The notes beneath the pieces are model-generated. The model was not told the DNA's origin. It saw only the letters and a program-made list of their open reading frames with translations, and ran no database searches. From the NCBI GenBank assembly GCA_947085095.1, contig CAMTVD010000006.1, forward strand, positions 1 through 64,000: a DNA stretch of 64,000 nucleotides, given 5' to 3'. Of this stretch, positions 21,183 through 30,500 are shown one piece after another. The position numbers were made by a program, and so were the translations under genes. The DNA is from an uncultured Thermus sp. (lineage in GTDB: Bacteria > Deinococcota > Deinococci > Deinococcales > Thermaceae). Each line of letters starts with the position of its first letter. The stretch's first letter is position 1.

Positions 21183-21300
21183 CTTTCCAGAGACTCCGCA
21201 ACGCGACGGGTCAACCGGGGTACAGGAGTGGGCCTTTCCTAAAGTTATACCCTTTCTTCCAGTCGCCTAGACCAAGAAGGCCATTTTTAACGGAATAGCG

Positions 21301-21337
21301 GGGCCCCCATCCTGGCGCAAGCCAGGATGGGTGGCCC
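21301..21337. repeat. REP-like palindrome with GCAA tetraloop; possible bidirectional terminator
   Basis: GGGCC-CCCATCCTGGC-GCAA-GCCAGGATGGG-t-GGCCC between convergent genes. Confidence 0.7.
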
Positions 21338-23142
21338 TAGAGGTTCTCCCGCCACCAGTCCAGGTAGGCCCTGAGCCGGGCCACCCGGCGGTCGGGCCTT
21401 CCCGAGCGGGAAAGCTCGTGCCCCTCCTCGGGTACCCGGAAAAACCGGGTCTTCACCCCCAGGTGGAGGAGGGCGGTGTACCAGGTTTCCCCCTGGTCTA
21501 TGGGGCAGCGGTGGTCCTGCTCGGAATGGACCACCAGGGTGGGGGTCCTCACCCGGTGCACCAGGCGCAAGGGGCTTTTCTCCCAGAGGACCTCAGGGGC
21601 CTCCCAAGGCTTGGCAAAAAGCTCCAGGAAGGTGAAGCGGGGGCCGATGTCGCTGGCCCCAAAGAAGCTGAACCAGTTGCAGATGCTCCGGTCGGTCACC
21701 GCCGCTCGGAACCTTTGGGGATGGCGGGCGGTGAGCCAGTTGGTCATGTACCCCCCGTAGCTTCCCCCAGCCACCCCCACCCGCTCAGGGTCCAGAGGGA
21801 AATGGGCTAGAACGTGGTCCAAAAAGCCCAGGAGGTCCCCCTCGTCCCGCTCCCCCCAGGCCCCCTCGAGGAGGGCGTAGTCCTGGCCGTAGCCCGTGGA
21901 GCCCCGGGGGTTGGAATAGGCCACGGCGTACCCCGCCTTCTGGAAAAGGGCGAACTCCAGCATGGGGGCCCGGCCGAAGGCGGTGTGGGGCCCCCCGTGG
22001 ATGTAGAGGATCACGGGGTGGGGACCTTCCCCTTCCGGCAGGAGGACCCAGCCCGGGACCTTGTGCCCCTCGGGGCTTGTCCACTCGGTGTAAAGGGGCT
22101 CGGCCAAGGGAAGAAGGGCCTCGTTGGGATCCAGGACCCCCAAGGGCCCCTCCAACCGGGCCGGGCGGGTGAAGTCCTCGGTGAGGAGGAAGAGGCCTTT
22201 CTCACCCTTGGCGAAGGCCAGGACGCTCCCCCCTGCGGGCAGGGCCTCGGCCTCCCCCTCCAGGCCCACCCGGTAAAGCCGGGCCACCCCCTCCTCCGTG
22301 CGCACCAGATAGACCCCATCCCCACCCCACTTGGGCCCCTGGGTGTGGGCGCCAAAGCGCAGGTCCGAGTTGAGGGAGTTCTGTAGGCTCCCCTCAAAGA
22401 GGACCCGGGCCATCCCCTCCTTCAGGTGGTAGAGCCTGGCCTCCGTCCCCCCACCCCGCTCAAAGGCGTGGCCCAGGAAGAAAAGCCCTTCCGGGCTCCA
22501 CTCCAGGGCAAAGATGGGGCCCTCTCCCCCGTAGACCTTCTCCAGACCCTCATCCCTGAGGAGGAAGAGGCTGTCCCGCACCTCCGCTTGGGCCCTCATG
22601 TCCTCGGGCATCACTAGGTAGAGGCCCTCGGGGGCGAAGACCATCTCCTTGGGGGCGGGGTAGCGGGAAAGAAGGAGACGCTTCTCCCCGTCTTTTAGGA
22701 GGTAAAGGGCCACCTGCCCCTCGGGGAGAAGGCCCTTGCCGTCAAACTTGAAGGGCCAGCCCTCAAAGATCCGGGGGCTTCCCGGCTTGGGGGCCTCCTT
22801 CAGAGCCAAAAAGGCCACCTCGCCCCTGGGCCCCAGGGCGTAGTCCAGGACCCCAGCCGTCTCCGTGAGCCTTTCCGCCTCCCCGCCCCTAAGGTCCAGG
22901 CGGAAGAGTTCCTGTCTCTCCCCCACCTTGCGCAGGAAGTAGACGTAAGGGTCCTGGTAGCGGGGCTTCTTGGCCTCCTCCTGGGTGAGGAAGCGCAAGG
23001 TGCCGTCAAAGAGGGCCAGGCGGGAGCGGTAGCGGGGCGGGTCGCCCTCCACGATGTCCGTGAGAAGGAAAAGGGGCAGGCCCTCGGGGCCAGGGGTGAG
23101 GTCCGAGAGGAAGCGAAGCTTGTAAAGGATTTCCAGCTCCAT
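21337..23142 (-). CDS. S9-family (acylaminoacyl/prolyl oligo) peptidase
   Basis: IHGGP, NPRGSTGYG, GGSYGG nucleophile, DHRCP, EGHEL; ATG 6 nt after TATTAT. Confidence 0.93.
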   Translation of the reverse strand: MELEILYKLRFLSDLTPGPEGLPLFLLTDIVEGDPPRYRSRLALFDGTLRFLTQEEAKKPRYQDPYVYFLRKVGERQELFRLDLRGGEAERLTETAGVLDYALGPRGEVAFLALKEAPKPGSPRIFEGWPFKFDGKGLLPEGQVALYLLKDGEKRLLLSRYPAPKEMVFAPEGLYLVMPEDMRAQAEVRDSLFLLRDEGLEKVYGGEGPIFALEWSPEGLFFLGHAFERGGGTEARLYHLKEGMARVLFEGSLQNSLNSDLRFGAHTQGPKWGGDGVYLVRTEEGVARLYRVGLEGEAEALPAGGSVLAFAKGEKGLFLLTEDFTRPARLEGPLGVLDPNEALLPLAEPLYTEWTSPEGHKVPGWVLLPEGEGPHPVILYIHGGPHTAFGRAPMLEFALFQKAGYAVAYSNPRGSTGYGQDYALLEGAWGERDEGDLLGFLDHVLAHFPLDPERVGVAGGSYGGYMTNWLTARHPQRFRAAVTDRSICNWFSFFGASDIGPRFTFLELFAKPWEAPEVLWEKSPLRLVHRVRTPTLVVHSEQDHRCPIDQGETWYTALLHLGVKTRFFRVPEEGHELSRSGRPDRRVARLRAYLDWWRENL

Positions 23143-23205
23143 GCCCCCATAATACTGACCGGTCATTCGCCCGCAAGGGGCGCCCTTTTCCGGTAAGCTA
23201 GCCCC

Positions 23206-23934
23206 GTGGACCGGGACGAGCTGGTGCGCTACTTGGACGGCTACCTGCGCCTTGGGGAGTTTCCCCAGGACCCCTCGCTCAACGGCCTCCAGGTGGAGGG
23301 AAAGCCCGAGGTGACTAAGGTGGGGGCGGCGGTGGATGCGGGGGAGGCCATCTTCCGCAAAGCTTTGGAGGAAGGGGTGGACTTCCTCCTGGTCCACCAC
23401 GGCCTTTTCTGGGGAAAGCCCTTCCCCATCGTGGGCCACCACAAGAGGCGGCTGGAGATCCTCTTCCGGGGGGGGATCAGCCTCTACGCCGCCCACCTCC
23501 CCTTGGATGCCCACCCGGGCGTGGGCAACAACGCCGTCCTGGCCCGGGCGCTGGGGCTTGAGGACCTCGAGCCCTGGGACGTGGGGGTCAAGGGGCGGTT
23601 TCCCTTGCCCGTTCCCCTGGTCCAGGTGGCGGACCGCCTGGGGCAGCTCACCGGGATGCAGCCCCTGGTGCACCAGGGGGGGGCGGATGCGGTGGAGACG
23701 GTGATCCTCGTTTCGGGTTCGGGAACGGGCCTTCTGGCCAAGGTGGACGCCGACCTCTTCGTCACCGGGGAGCCCAAGCACGCCGTCTTCCACGAGACCT
23801 TTGAACGGGGGCTCAACGTCATCTACGCCGGGCACTACGACACGGAAACCTTCGGGGTCAAGGCCTTAGCCCAGCACCTTTACGAGCGCTTCGGCCTCCC
23901 CTGGGTCTTTTTGGACCACCCCACGGGGCTTTAG
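23206..23934 (+). CDS. Nif3-like dinuclear metal protein (YbgI family)
   Basis: NGLQVEG, VHHGLFW, HLPLDAH, GHYDTE. Confidence 0.93.
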   Translation: MDRDELVRYLDGYLRLGEFPQDPSLNGLQVEGKPEVTKVGAAVDAGEAIFRKALEEGVDFLLVHHGLFWGKPFPIVGHHKRRLEILFRGGISLYAAHLPLDAHPGVGNNAVLARALGLEDLEPWDVGVKGRFPLPVPLVQVADRLGQLTGMQPLVHQGGADAVETVILVSGSGTGLLAKVDADLFVTGEPKHAVFHETFERGLNVIYAGHYDTETFGVKALAQHLYERFGLPWVFLDHPTGL

Positions 23935-24531
<597 letters not shown>

Positions 24532-24538
24532 TGGCCCT

Positions 24539-25027
24539 ATGACCCCCTGGATCCGCGCCCTAGCGGCCTTGGGCTTTCTTGTGGCCCTGGCCCAGGGGCT
24601 CGCCTTTCCCAGAAGCACCCTCTACGTGGAGCAGGGGGGCAAGCGCCACTTCCTCAAGGTGGAGGTGGCGGACACCCCCGAGCGCCAGGCCCGGGGCCTC
24701 ATGTTCCGCCAGGCCCTGGCCGAGGACGAGGGCATGGTCTTCCTCTTTCCCACCCCCACCGCCGGAGGCTTTTGGATGAAGAACACCCTGATCCCCCTAT
24801 CCATCGCCTTCTTTGACCGCCAGGGGGTGATCCTCCGCATCCTGGACATGGATCCCTGCCGGGCCGACCCCTGCCCCGTCTACCACCCCGGGGTGGTCTA
24901 CCAGGGAGCCCTGGAGGTGAACCAGGGCTGGTTCCGCCGCCGGGGCCTCAAGGAGGGGGCCCGGGTGGGGGGCGAGGCCCTGAAGCTGTGGCCGCGACCG
25001 TGGAACGGAACCCCCTCTTCCCCCTAG
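24539..25027 (+). CDS. DUF192-family exported protein
   Basis: Signal peptide, EVADTPERQARGLMFR, FWMKNTLIPLSIAF, LEVNQG. Confidence 0.92.
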   Translation: MTPWIRALAALGFLVALAQGLAFPRSTLYVEQGGKRHFLKVEVADTPERQARGLMFRQALAEDEGMVFLFPTPTAGGFWMKNTLIPLSIAFFDRQGVILRILDMDPCRADPCPVYHPGVVYQGALEVNQGWFRRRGLKEGARVGGEALKLWPRPWNGTPSSP

Positions 25028-25476
25028 CCGCCTTCGCCCTCCTCATCCTCCTCTCCGTCTTCTCCCTCCTGGGCTACCTCCTGGCCGCCCGGCGCTACCC
25101 GGGGCCGCCCCCACCCACGGGCATCCTGGTGGAAACCCAGGAGGGCCCCCGCCACCTCCAGGGCCGCATCGCCCGCACCCCCGAGGCCTGGGGCCGGGGC
25201 CTGGGGGTGAGGGGGGAGGACCTCGAGGCCCTCCTCTACCTTTTCCCTCAGGCCACGGACGCCCCCTTTGGCGCGGAAGGGTACCGCTTCGGCGTGGTGG
25301 TGGCCTTCCTGGACGGGGAGGGCCGGGTGCTCAAGGTGGCCCACCTAAAGCCCGGGGAAAGGGTGGCCCCCGGCACCGCCTACCGGGGGGTCCTGGAGGT
25401 GCGGGAGGGCCTCCTCTCCCTAAGCCCCGGGGACCGGGTGGCCCTTAGCGGGCCGGCCTCTCCCCCTGGCCCCTGA
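25000..25476 (+). CDS. Degenerate DUF192-like membrane-anchored protein
   Basis: TM helix, then IARTPEAWGRGL...VAFLDGEG...GVLEV. Start uncertain (24988 or 25000). Confidence 0.7.
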   Translation: MERNPLFPLAAFALLILLSVFSLLGYLLAARRYPGPPPPTGILVETQEGPRHLQGRIARTPEAWGRGLGVRGEDLEALLYLFPQATDAPFGAEGYRFGVVVAFLDGEGRVLKVAHLKPGERVAPGTAYRGVLEVREGLLSLSPGDRVALSGPASPPGP

Positions 25477-25870
25477 GGTCCAGGAGGAAGTTTCCCGTGG
25501 CGGGGACAAAAACCGTCTGTACCCCGGGGGCCAGCTTTTCCGCAAAGGTGAGCTGGACCACCTCAGGGGCGTTCTTCAAAGCCCGCCCCCGGAGCTCTAT
25601 GGCCCTGGCCTCCCCCTCGGCCCGGAGGATGGCGGCATCCCGCTCGCCCTTGGCCTCTATCACCCGGCGCTCGGCGGCGATCTCGGCTTGCTTGCGGCGG
25701 CTGATCTCAGATGTGGAACACCACCCCCACGTGCCCCGCCGGCACCACCACAAAGCTGTTGGCCAGAAAAAGAAGGGAAGCCCCAAAAGGGGCAGGGCCA
25801 GGCGATTCTTCGGGGTGAAGAGGAGACCCACCCCCAAAAAGAGAAGCGCAAGACCCGCCAGGTTCAGCAT
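25445..25870 (-). pseudogene. SPFH/prohibitin-family remnant with internal deletion and frameshift
   Basis: An alternate frame gives LANSFVVVPAGHVGVVFHI*, joined directly to the coiled coil AERRVIEAKGERDAAILRAEGEARAI; the SPFH core is absent. Confidence 0.75.
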
Positions 25871-25871
25871 G

Positions 25872-25908
25872 AAAAAGTATAAGGCCTGGGGCCAGCCCCA
25901 GGCCTTTT
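25872..25908 (-). terminator. Intrinsic terminator after the FmdB-like gene
   Basis: AAGGCCTGGGG-4 nt-CCCCAGGCCTT followed on the minus strand by ATACTTTTT. Confidence 0.65.
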
Positions 25909-25918
25909 GGAAAAGATC

Positions 25919-26131
25919 CTACTCCTTCTTTTCCTCCGACTTCCCCGAGTCCTTCTTGGCGTAGTCCTTCACGTGCCAGCCCGAGCCCTTGAAGATGATG
26001 GCGGGCGGGGTGATGACCCGCTTCAAGGGCTCTCCCGTCTCCGGATGGGCCTTCAGGGGTTCATCGTAGAAACCCTGTTCAAACTCGTAGTAGTTTCCGG
26101 TTTCCAAGCCCTTGTACACGTAGACCGGCAT
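25919..26131 (-). CDS. FmdB-family small protein lacking zinc-ribbon cysteines
   Basis: MPVYVYK...FE...PL...LKRVI...IIFKGSGW.V.DY pattern; GGGAGG SD. Confidence 0.85.
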   Translation of the reverse strand: MPVYVYKGLETGNYYEFEQGFYDEPLKAHPETGEPLKRVITPPAIIFKGSGWHVKDYAKKDSGKSEEKKE

Positions 26132-26154
26132 ACCCTTCCCTCCCGGAGTCCAGT

Positions 26155-26181
26155 TTGACAATCAAATGTCTTGAGTGTCAA
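26155..26181. promoter_or_regulatory. CIRCE-like inverted repeat (candidate HrcA operator)
   Basis: TTGACAATC-N9-GAGTGTCAA versus consensus TTAGCACTC-N9-GAGTGCTAA. Confidence 0.6.
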
Positions 26182-26206
26182 GACCCCAGAATGCTACCCT
26201 CCTCCC

Positions 26207-26728
26207 GTGGACAAGCCCGCCCTCCGGCGCTGGGCGCGCAAGGTCTGGCGAACCCTGGACCGGGAGACCCTGGCCCGGCAGGTGGTGGAGAACCTGGCTC
26301 CCTGGCTGGCCTGGTGGGGGTTCCAAGACATCCTCCTCTACCACCCCCTGCCCCATGAACTGGACCTCACCCCCCTCCTGGAGCGGCACCCCGCCCGCTA
26401 CTACCTGCCCAAGGTGGCAGGGGAAGAGCTTTCCGTCCACCCCTTCGGCCCCCTAGCCCCGGGACCCTTCGGCCTCCTGGAACCCACCACCCCGCCGGTG
26501 GACCCCGGGGACCTGGACCTGGTAGTGGTGCCTGGCCTGGCCTTTGACCAGGAGGGATACCGCCTGGGGCATGGCCAGGGCTATTATGACCGCTTCCTGG
26601 CTTCGGTCCAGGCGGTAACCGCAGGGGTGGTGCCAGAGGCCCTCCTCCTGCCCCGCCTTCCCCGGGACCCGTGGGACGTGCCCGTGGGCCATCTGGTCAC
26701 GGAAAGGGGGGTGCGGCGTGTCCCCTGA
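26207..26728 (+). CDS. 5-formyltetrahydrofolate cyclo-ligase
   Basis: DKPALRR, GLLEP, VVVPGLAFDQEGYRLGHGQGYYDR, WDVPV. Confidence 0.95.
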   Translation: MDKPALRRWARKVWRTLDRETLARQVVENLAPWLAWWGFQDILLYHPLPHELDLTPLLERHPARYYLPKVAGEELSVHPFGPLAPGPFGLLEPTTPPVDPGDLDLVVVPGLAFDQEGYRLGHGQGYYDRFLASVQAVTAGVVPEALLLPRLPRDPWDVPVGHLVTERGVRRVP

Positions 26729-26764
26729 ACATCCTCCAGACCTCTAAGGTGCTACACTTGCCCC

Positions 26765-27376
26765 ATGCGGGGTGCCCTTTTGGACCGGGACGGGGTCCTG
26801 CTCCTGCTGGACGAAAAAGCCCTTTACAAAAAAGCCTTGCAGCTGGCCCTCCGCGGAACGGGCTTGGAGAGGAGCCTGGCCGTCTTGGTCCGGGCGATGC
26901 GGGAGATAGAGGAGGCGGTGCGGGACCTGAAGGTGCGGACCCCCCTCGAGGAGGAAGCTTTCTGGCGGCGCCTGGTGGCGAAGGTGGCCCAGGAGCTCCA
27001 CCTTCCCCAAGCCCACCTCCTGCCCTGGCGCTACTACCGCTTCATGAAAAAGGCCCCCGGGGCGGAAACCCTCCTTAAGGCCCTCAAAGCCCGGGGCCTC
27101 AAAATCGGGGTCCTCTCCAATACCCTGCCCAGCCTGCGGGAAAGCCTGGCCTACCACGGCCTGGCCCATTATGTGGACGGCTTCTTCGCCTCCACCTCGC
27201 TTGGGGTGGCCAAGCCGCACCCCCAGGCCTTCCTCCTGGCCCTCGAGGGCCTGGGTCTAAAGCCTGAGGAAACCCTCTATCTGGACGACGACCCCGAGAA
27301 TGTGGAAGCCGCCCGGAAGCTGGGCCTCCGGGCGGAGGTGTACGCGGTCAGAGCACCGGGAGTTCAGCCACGGTGA
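26765..27376 (+). CDS. HAD-superfamily hydrolase
   Basis: DRDGVL, LSN, KPHP, LDDDPEN. Confidence 0.9.
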   Translation: MRGALLDRDGVLLLLDEKALYKKALQLALRGTGLERSLAVLVRAMREIEEAVRDLKVRTPLEEEAFWRRLVAKVAQELHLPQAHLLPWRYYRFMKKAPGAETLLKALKARGLKIGVLSNTLPSLRESLAYHGLAHYVDGFFASTSLGVAKPHPQAFLLALEGLGLKPEETLYLDDDPENVEAARKLGLRAEVYAVRAPGVQPR

Positions 27377-27875
27377 GTACGTCCAGGTCAGGGGTGCCCT
27401 GCCGGAAAGCGGCGATGCGGGCCACCACCCGTCCCCCAGCCCGGAGAACCATCTTTTCCATGGCCTTTAGGGTCTCTCCGCTGGAGACCACATCGGAAAC
27501 CAGGGTTGCCCTTTGGTTGAGCAGCTTTTCCGCGAAGCGCCGGTCCAGCCAGAGCACCTCGCCCACGCCCAGGGTAAGGGTCTGAACCTCCTGGATGATG
27601 GGGTCTTCCATGTAGGGCCGGCGGCGCCTCCGGGCCACCACATAAGGCAGGCGGAGCTCCTCGGCCAGCACGTGGGTAAGGGGAATGGGGCTGGTTTCCG
27701 TGGTGAAAAGGACCTCGGTGTCCTTGGGCACCAGGGGCTTCAAGGCTTGGGCCGCGGCCCGCACCAGCTCCGGGTCTCCTAAAAACTCCACCAAGGGGAT
27801 GCGCCGCCCAGGCAGGGGCTCTATGAGGGGCACGTGCCGGGTGACGCCGCCGATACTGATAGGGTAGGTCTCCAT
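27348..27875 (-). CDS. APRT homolog with altered PRPP loop (probable regulatory pseudo-enzyme)
   Basis: Paralog of the adjacent APRT, with LVSDVVSSGET in place of [11 protein letters not shown]. Confidence 0.8.
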   Translation of the reverse strand: METYPISIGGVTRHVPLIEPLPGRRIPLVEFLGDPELVRAAAQALKPLVPKDTEVLFTTETSPIPLTHVLAEELRLPYVVARRRRRPYMEDPIIQEVQTLTLGVGEVLWLDRRFAEKLLNQRATLVSDVVSSGETLKAMEKMVLRAGGRVVARIAAFRQGTPDLDVLTVAELPVL

Positions 27876-27884
27876 ACCGCCCTC

Positions 27885-28421
27885 CTATTCCGGTTTGAAA
27901 AGGGGCAGGTGGCCCAAGGCGACCACGTCCTGGCGGGGCGTGCCCTCGGTGAAGACCGCCAAAACGGCCACCACCTGGCCGCCCACGCTCTCTATGAGTT
28001 CCCTAAGGCCCGCCAGGGTGGAGCCTGTGGAAACCACATCGTCCACGATGGCCACCTTCTTTCCCCGGATCAAGGGAATGTCCATCCCGTCCAAGACCAG
28101 AAGCTGGGGCTTGCCCGTGGTGATGGAAAGCACCTGGCGGCTTATGGGGTTGATCATGTAGGGCTTCTCGGTCTTTCGCGCCACCACGTAGGGCTTCCCT
28201 GTGATGCGGGATAGGGCGTGGGCCAGGGGCACCGCCTTCACCTCGGGGGTGACCAGGGTGTCCACCTCGGGGGAAAGGCGCTTGGCCAGCTCCTCGGCAG
28301 CGGCCTCGGTGAGCTCGGTGTCTCCTAAGAGGTTCAAAAGGGCTACGGCCACATCTGGCCCCACCTGGACGATGGGAAGCTCCCTCCTGACCCCGGCAAT
28401 CTCCACAGGGTAGGTCCTCAC
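27885..28421 (-). CDS. apt: Adenine phosphoribosyltransferase
   Basis: [21 protein letters not shown]-binding motif. Confidence 0.85.
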   Translation of the reverse strand: MRTYPVEIAGVRRELPIVQVGPDVAVALLNLLGDTELTEAAAEELAKRLSPEVDTLVTPEVKAVPLAHALSRITGKPYVVARKTEKPYMINPISRQVLSITTGKPQLLVLDGMDIPLIRGKKVAIVDDVVSTGSTLAGLRELIESVGGQVVAVLAVFTEGTPRQDVVALGHLPLFKPE

Positions 28422-28443
28422 GCTGCCAGTCTATACTGAAGGC
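28422..28443. promoter_or_regulatory. Overlapping divergent leaderless -10 elements
   Basis: Plus-strand TATACT (28432-28437) 6 nt before ATG 28444; minus-strand TAGACT (28428-28433) 6 nt before GTG 28421. Confidence 0.65.
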
Positions 28444-28872
28444 ATGCTGAGCGCCAAGATTGAAACCCTGGGCGTGGACCCCCAGAGCGGCAGCGTGGTG
28501 GTCCTGCTCAGGACCGAGAACGACAAGCTCCTTCCCATCGTGATCGGTCCCCTCGAGGCCCACCACATCATGGTGGCCCTCCAGGGGGAGAAGCCCCCCC
28601 GCCCCCTGACGCCGGACCTCCTCCTCTCGGTGATGGAGATGCTCCAGGCCAAGTTGCGCCGTGTGGAGATCATAGACCTCAAAGACGGCACCTTCTACGC
28701 CCGGCTCATCCTGGAGCACCGGGGGATTGAGCTGGAGGTGGACGCCCGCCCCTCGGACGCCATGGCCCTGGCCCTGAGGGCCCAGGCCCCCATCCTGGTG
28801 GCGGAGGAGGTGGTGGAGAAAGCGGGGGTGGAGGAGGCCAGCCTCAAGCCCCACGGGGCCGCAGAGGCCTAG
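28444..28872 (+). CDS. Bifunctional nuclease (DUF151) family protein
   Basis: LPIVIGPLEA, PRPLTPDL, GTFYARL, DARPSDAMALA. Confidence 0.93.
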   Translation: MLSAKIETLGVDPQSGSVVVLLRTENDKLLPIVIGPLEAHHIMVALQGEKPPRPLTPDLLLSVMEMLQAKLRRVEIIDLKDGTFYARLILEHRGIELEVDARPSDAMALALRAQAPILVAEEVVEKAGVEEASLKPHGAAEA

Positions 28873-29186
28873 CCTCCCATGACGTGGACGTGCACGTGAA
28901 AGACCTCCTGTCCCCCCTTCTCCCCCACGTGCACCCGGAGCTTGTACCCCTCTAAGCCCAACGCCCGCGCCACCCGGTTGGCGGTGCGGAAGAGGGCCCC
29001 CAGCTTCCTCTCCCCCTCCGCGTCGTCGGGGTAGTCGGAGAGCTTCTCCACATGCTCCTTGGGCACCACCAGGACGTGGACTGGGGCCCGGGGGCGGATG
29101 TCGTGGAAGGCCACGAAGCCCTCGTCCTCGTAGACCTTCCTAGCGGGAAGCTCCCCGGCGATGATGCGGCAGAAGACGCAGTCCAT
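28869..29186 (-). CDS. HIT-family nucleotide hydrolase
   Basis: DCVFCRII, AFHDIRP, QEVFHVHVHV. Confidence 0.96.
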   Translation of the reverse strand: MDCVFCRIIAGELPARKVYEDEGFVAFHDIRPRAPVHVLVVPKEHVEKLSDYPDDAEGERKLGALFRTANRVARALGLEGYKLRVHVGEKGGQEVFHVHVHVMGG

Positions 29187-29195
29187 GGGGCCATT

Positions 29196-30500
29196 CTAGC
29201 GGGCAAGGGGCAGGGCGGGGGAGGCCGCCTCCTTGACCCCCACCACCCCCAGCAGGGTGTACCCCTCCACCCCCCGCACCTGGGCCAGAACGGTCTCCCC
29301 GGGGAGGGCCTGGCCCTCGAGGCGGGCCTCGTAGTAGTCCGGGGTGTGGCCCAGGAGGAAGCCCCCCTGCCGCCTCTCCACCAGGACCTCTACCCGGCTT
29401 CCCAGCTTGGGCCGTATGCGCTCCTCCGCCAAGCGCTGGGCCAGGGCGATGAGCTCCTTGGTGCGGCGCTTCCTGACCTCTATGGGCACCTGGGGCATGG
29501 AGGCGGCCCTGGTCTTGGGCCTAGGGGTGTAGGTGAAGGCGTGGACCCGGGTGGGCCTGAGCTCCTCTAAGAAGGCCAGGGTCTCTCTGTGCTCCTCCTC
29601 GGTCTCCGTGGGCAGGCCGGCGATCACGTCGGTGGTGAGGGCGAAGCCGGGGATGAGCTCGTAGGCCCTCTCCACCAGGGCGCGGTAGTAGGCCTTGTCG
29701 TAGCGGCGGCCCATGAGCCTGAGGAGGCGGTCCGAGCCCGTCTGCAGGGAGAGGTGGAGGTGAGGGCGGACTTCGGGAGCGTAACGGGCCATGACCCTTA
29801 GGAGGTCCTCCCCCGTGTCCTCGGGTTCTATGGAGGAGAGGCGCACCTTGGCCCCCAAATGGTAGAGGTCCTCCACCAGGCCCGCCAGGCCCCTGGGGTG
29901 CCCCCGGTAGCTCCCCAGGCGCACCCCCGTGAGGACGATCTCCCGGATGCCCAGGCGCAGCAGGGCCTCGGCCTCGGCTAGGGCCTCCTTATGGTCCCGG
30001 TGCCTTTCCTTGCCCCTGAGCCTGGGGATGATGCAGTAGGCGCACCCCACCTGGCACCCGTCCTGCACCTTGAGGAAGGCCCGGACCCGGCTATTCAAAA
30101 ACCCCCGTTCCCCCGCGCCCCAGAACTCGCTCGGAGGGGTGGTGATGGGGTCCGAGGGGAGGCCGAAGTGTTCCAGAATCACCTTGGGGAGCTCAGCCTT
30201 GCGGGCGTTGGGCACCACGGCATCCGCCCCCAGGGCCTTCACCTCCTCGGGGGCGAGCTCGGCAAAGCACCCCGTGACCACGAGGAAGGCCTCGGGGTTG
30301 TGCCGCCGGGCCCGGCGGATCTCCTTGCGGGTGTCCGCCTCCGCCGTGGTGGTGACGGCGCAGGTGTTGATGACCACCAGGTCCGCCCCCCCGGCCTCCA
30401 CGGGCACCACCTCCGGCTCCAAAGCCTTCAGGAAGCCCAGAAGGGCCTCGGTCTCCACCTGGTTCACCTTGCACCCCAGGGTGCGGAAGGCCGCACGCAT
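29196..30500 (-). CDS. mtaB: tRNA t6A37 methylthiotransferase
   Basis: TLGCKVNQ, INTCAVT, KVQDGCQVGCAYC, C-terminal TRAM-like region. Confidence 0.9.
   Translation of the reverse strand: MRAAFRTLGCKVNQVETEALLGFLKALEPEVVPVEAGGADLVVINTCAVTTTAEADTRKEIRRARRHNPEAFLVVTGCFAELAPEEVKALGADAVVPNARKAELPKVILEHFGLPSDPITTPPSEFWGAGERGFLNSRVRAFLKVQDGCQVGCAYCIIPRLRGKERHRDHKEALAEAEALLRLGIREIVLTGVRLGSYRGHPRGLAGLVEDLYHLGAKVRLSSIEPEDTGEDLLRVMARYAPEVRPHLHLSLQTGSDRLLRLMGRRYDKAYYRALVERAYELIPGFALTTDVIAGLPTETEEEHRETLAFLEELRPTRVHAFTYTPRPKTRAASMPQVPIEVRKRRTKELIALAQRLAEERIRPKLGSRVEVLVERRQGGFLLGHTPDYYEARLEGQALPGETVLAQVRGVEGYTLLGVVGVKEAASPALPLAR

Noticed and set aside
23143..23835. N-terminal 231-aa extension of the S9 peptidase ORF
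   Set aside because: Antisense to the Nif3 gene; the ATG at 23142 has its own -10 box.
26132..26206. 6S RNA upstream of the 5-FCL gene, as in ssrS-ygfA
   Set aside because: Only 75 bp of intergenic space, occupied by promoters and the CIRCE-like repeat.
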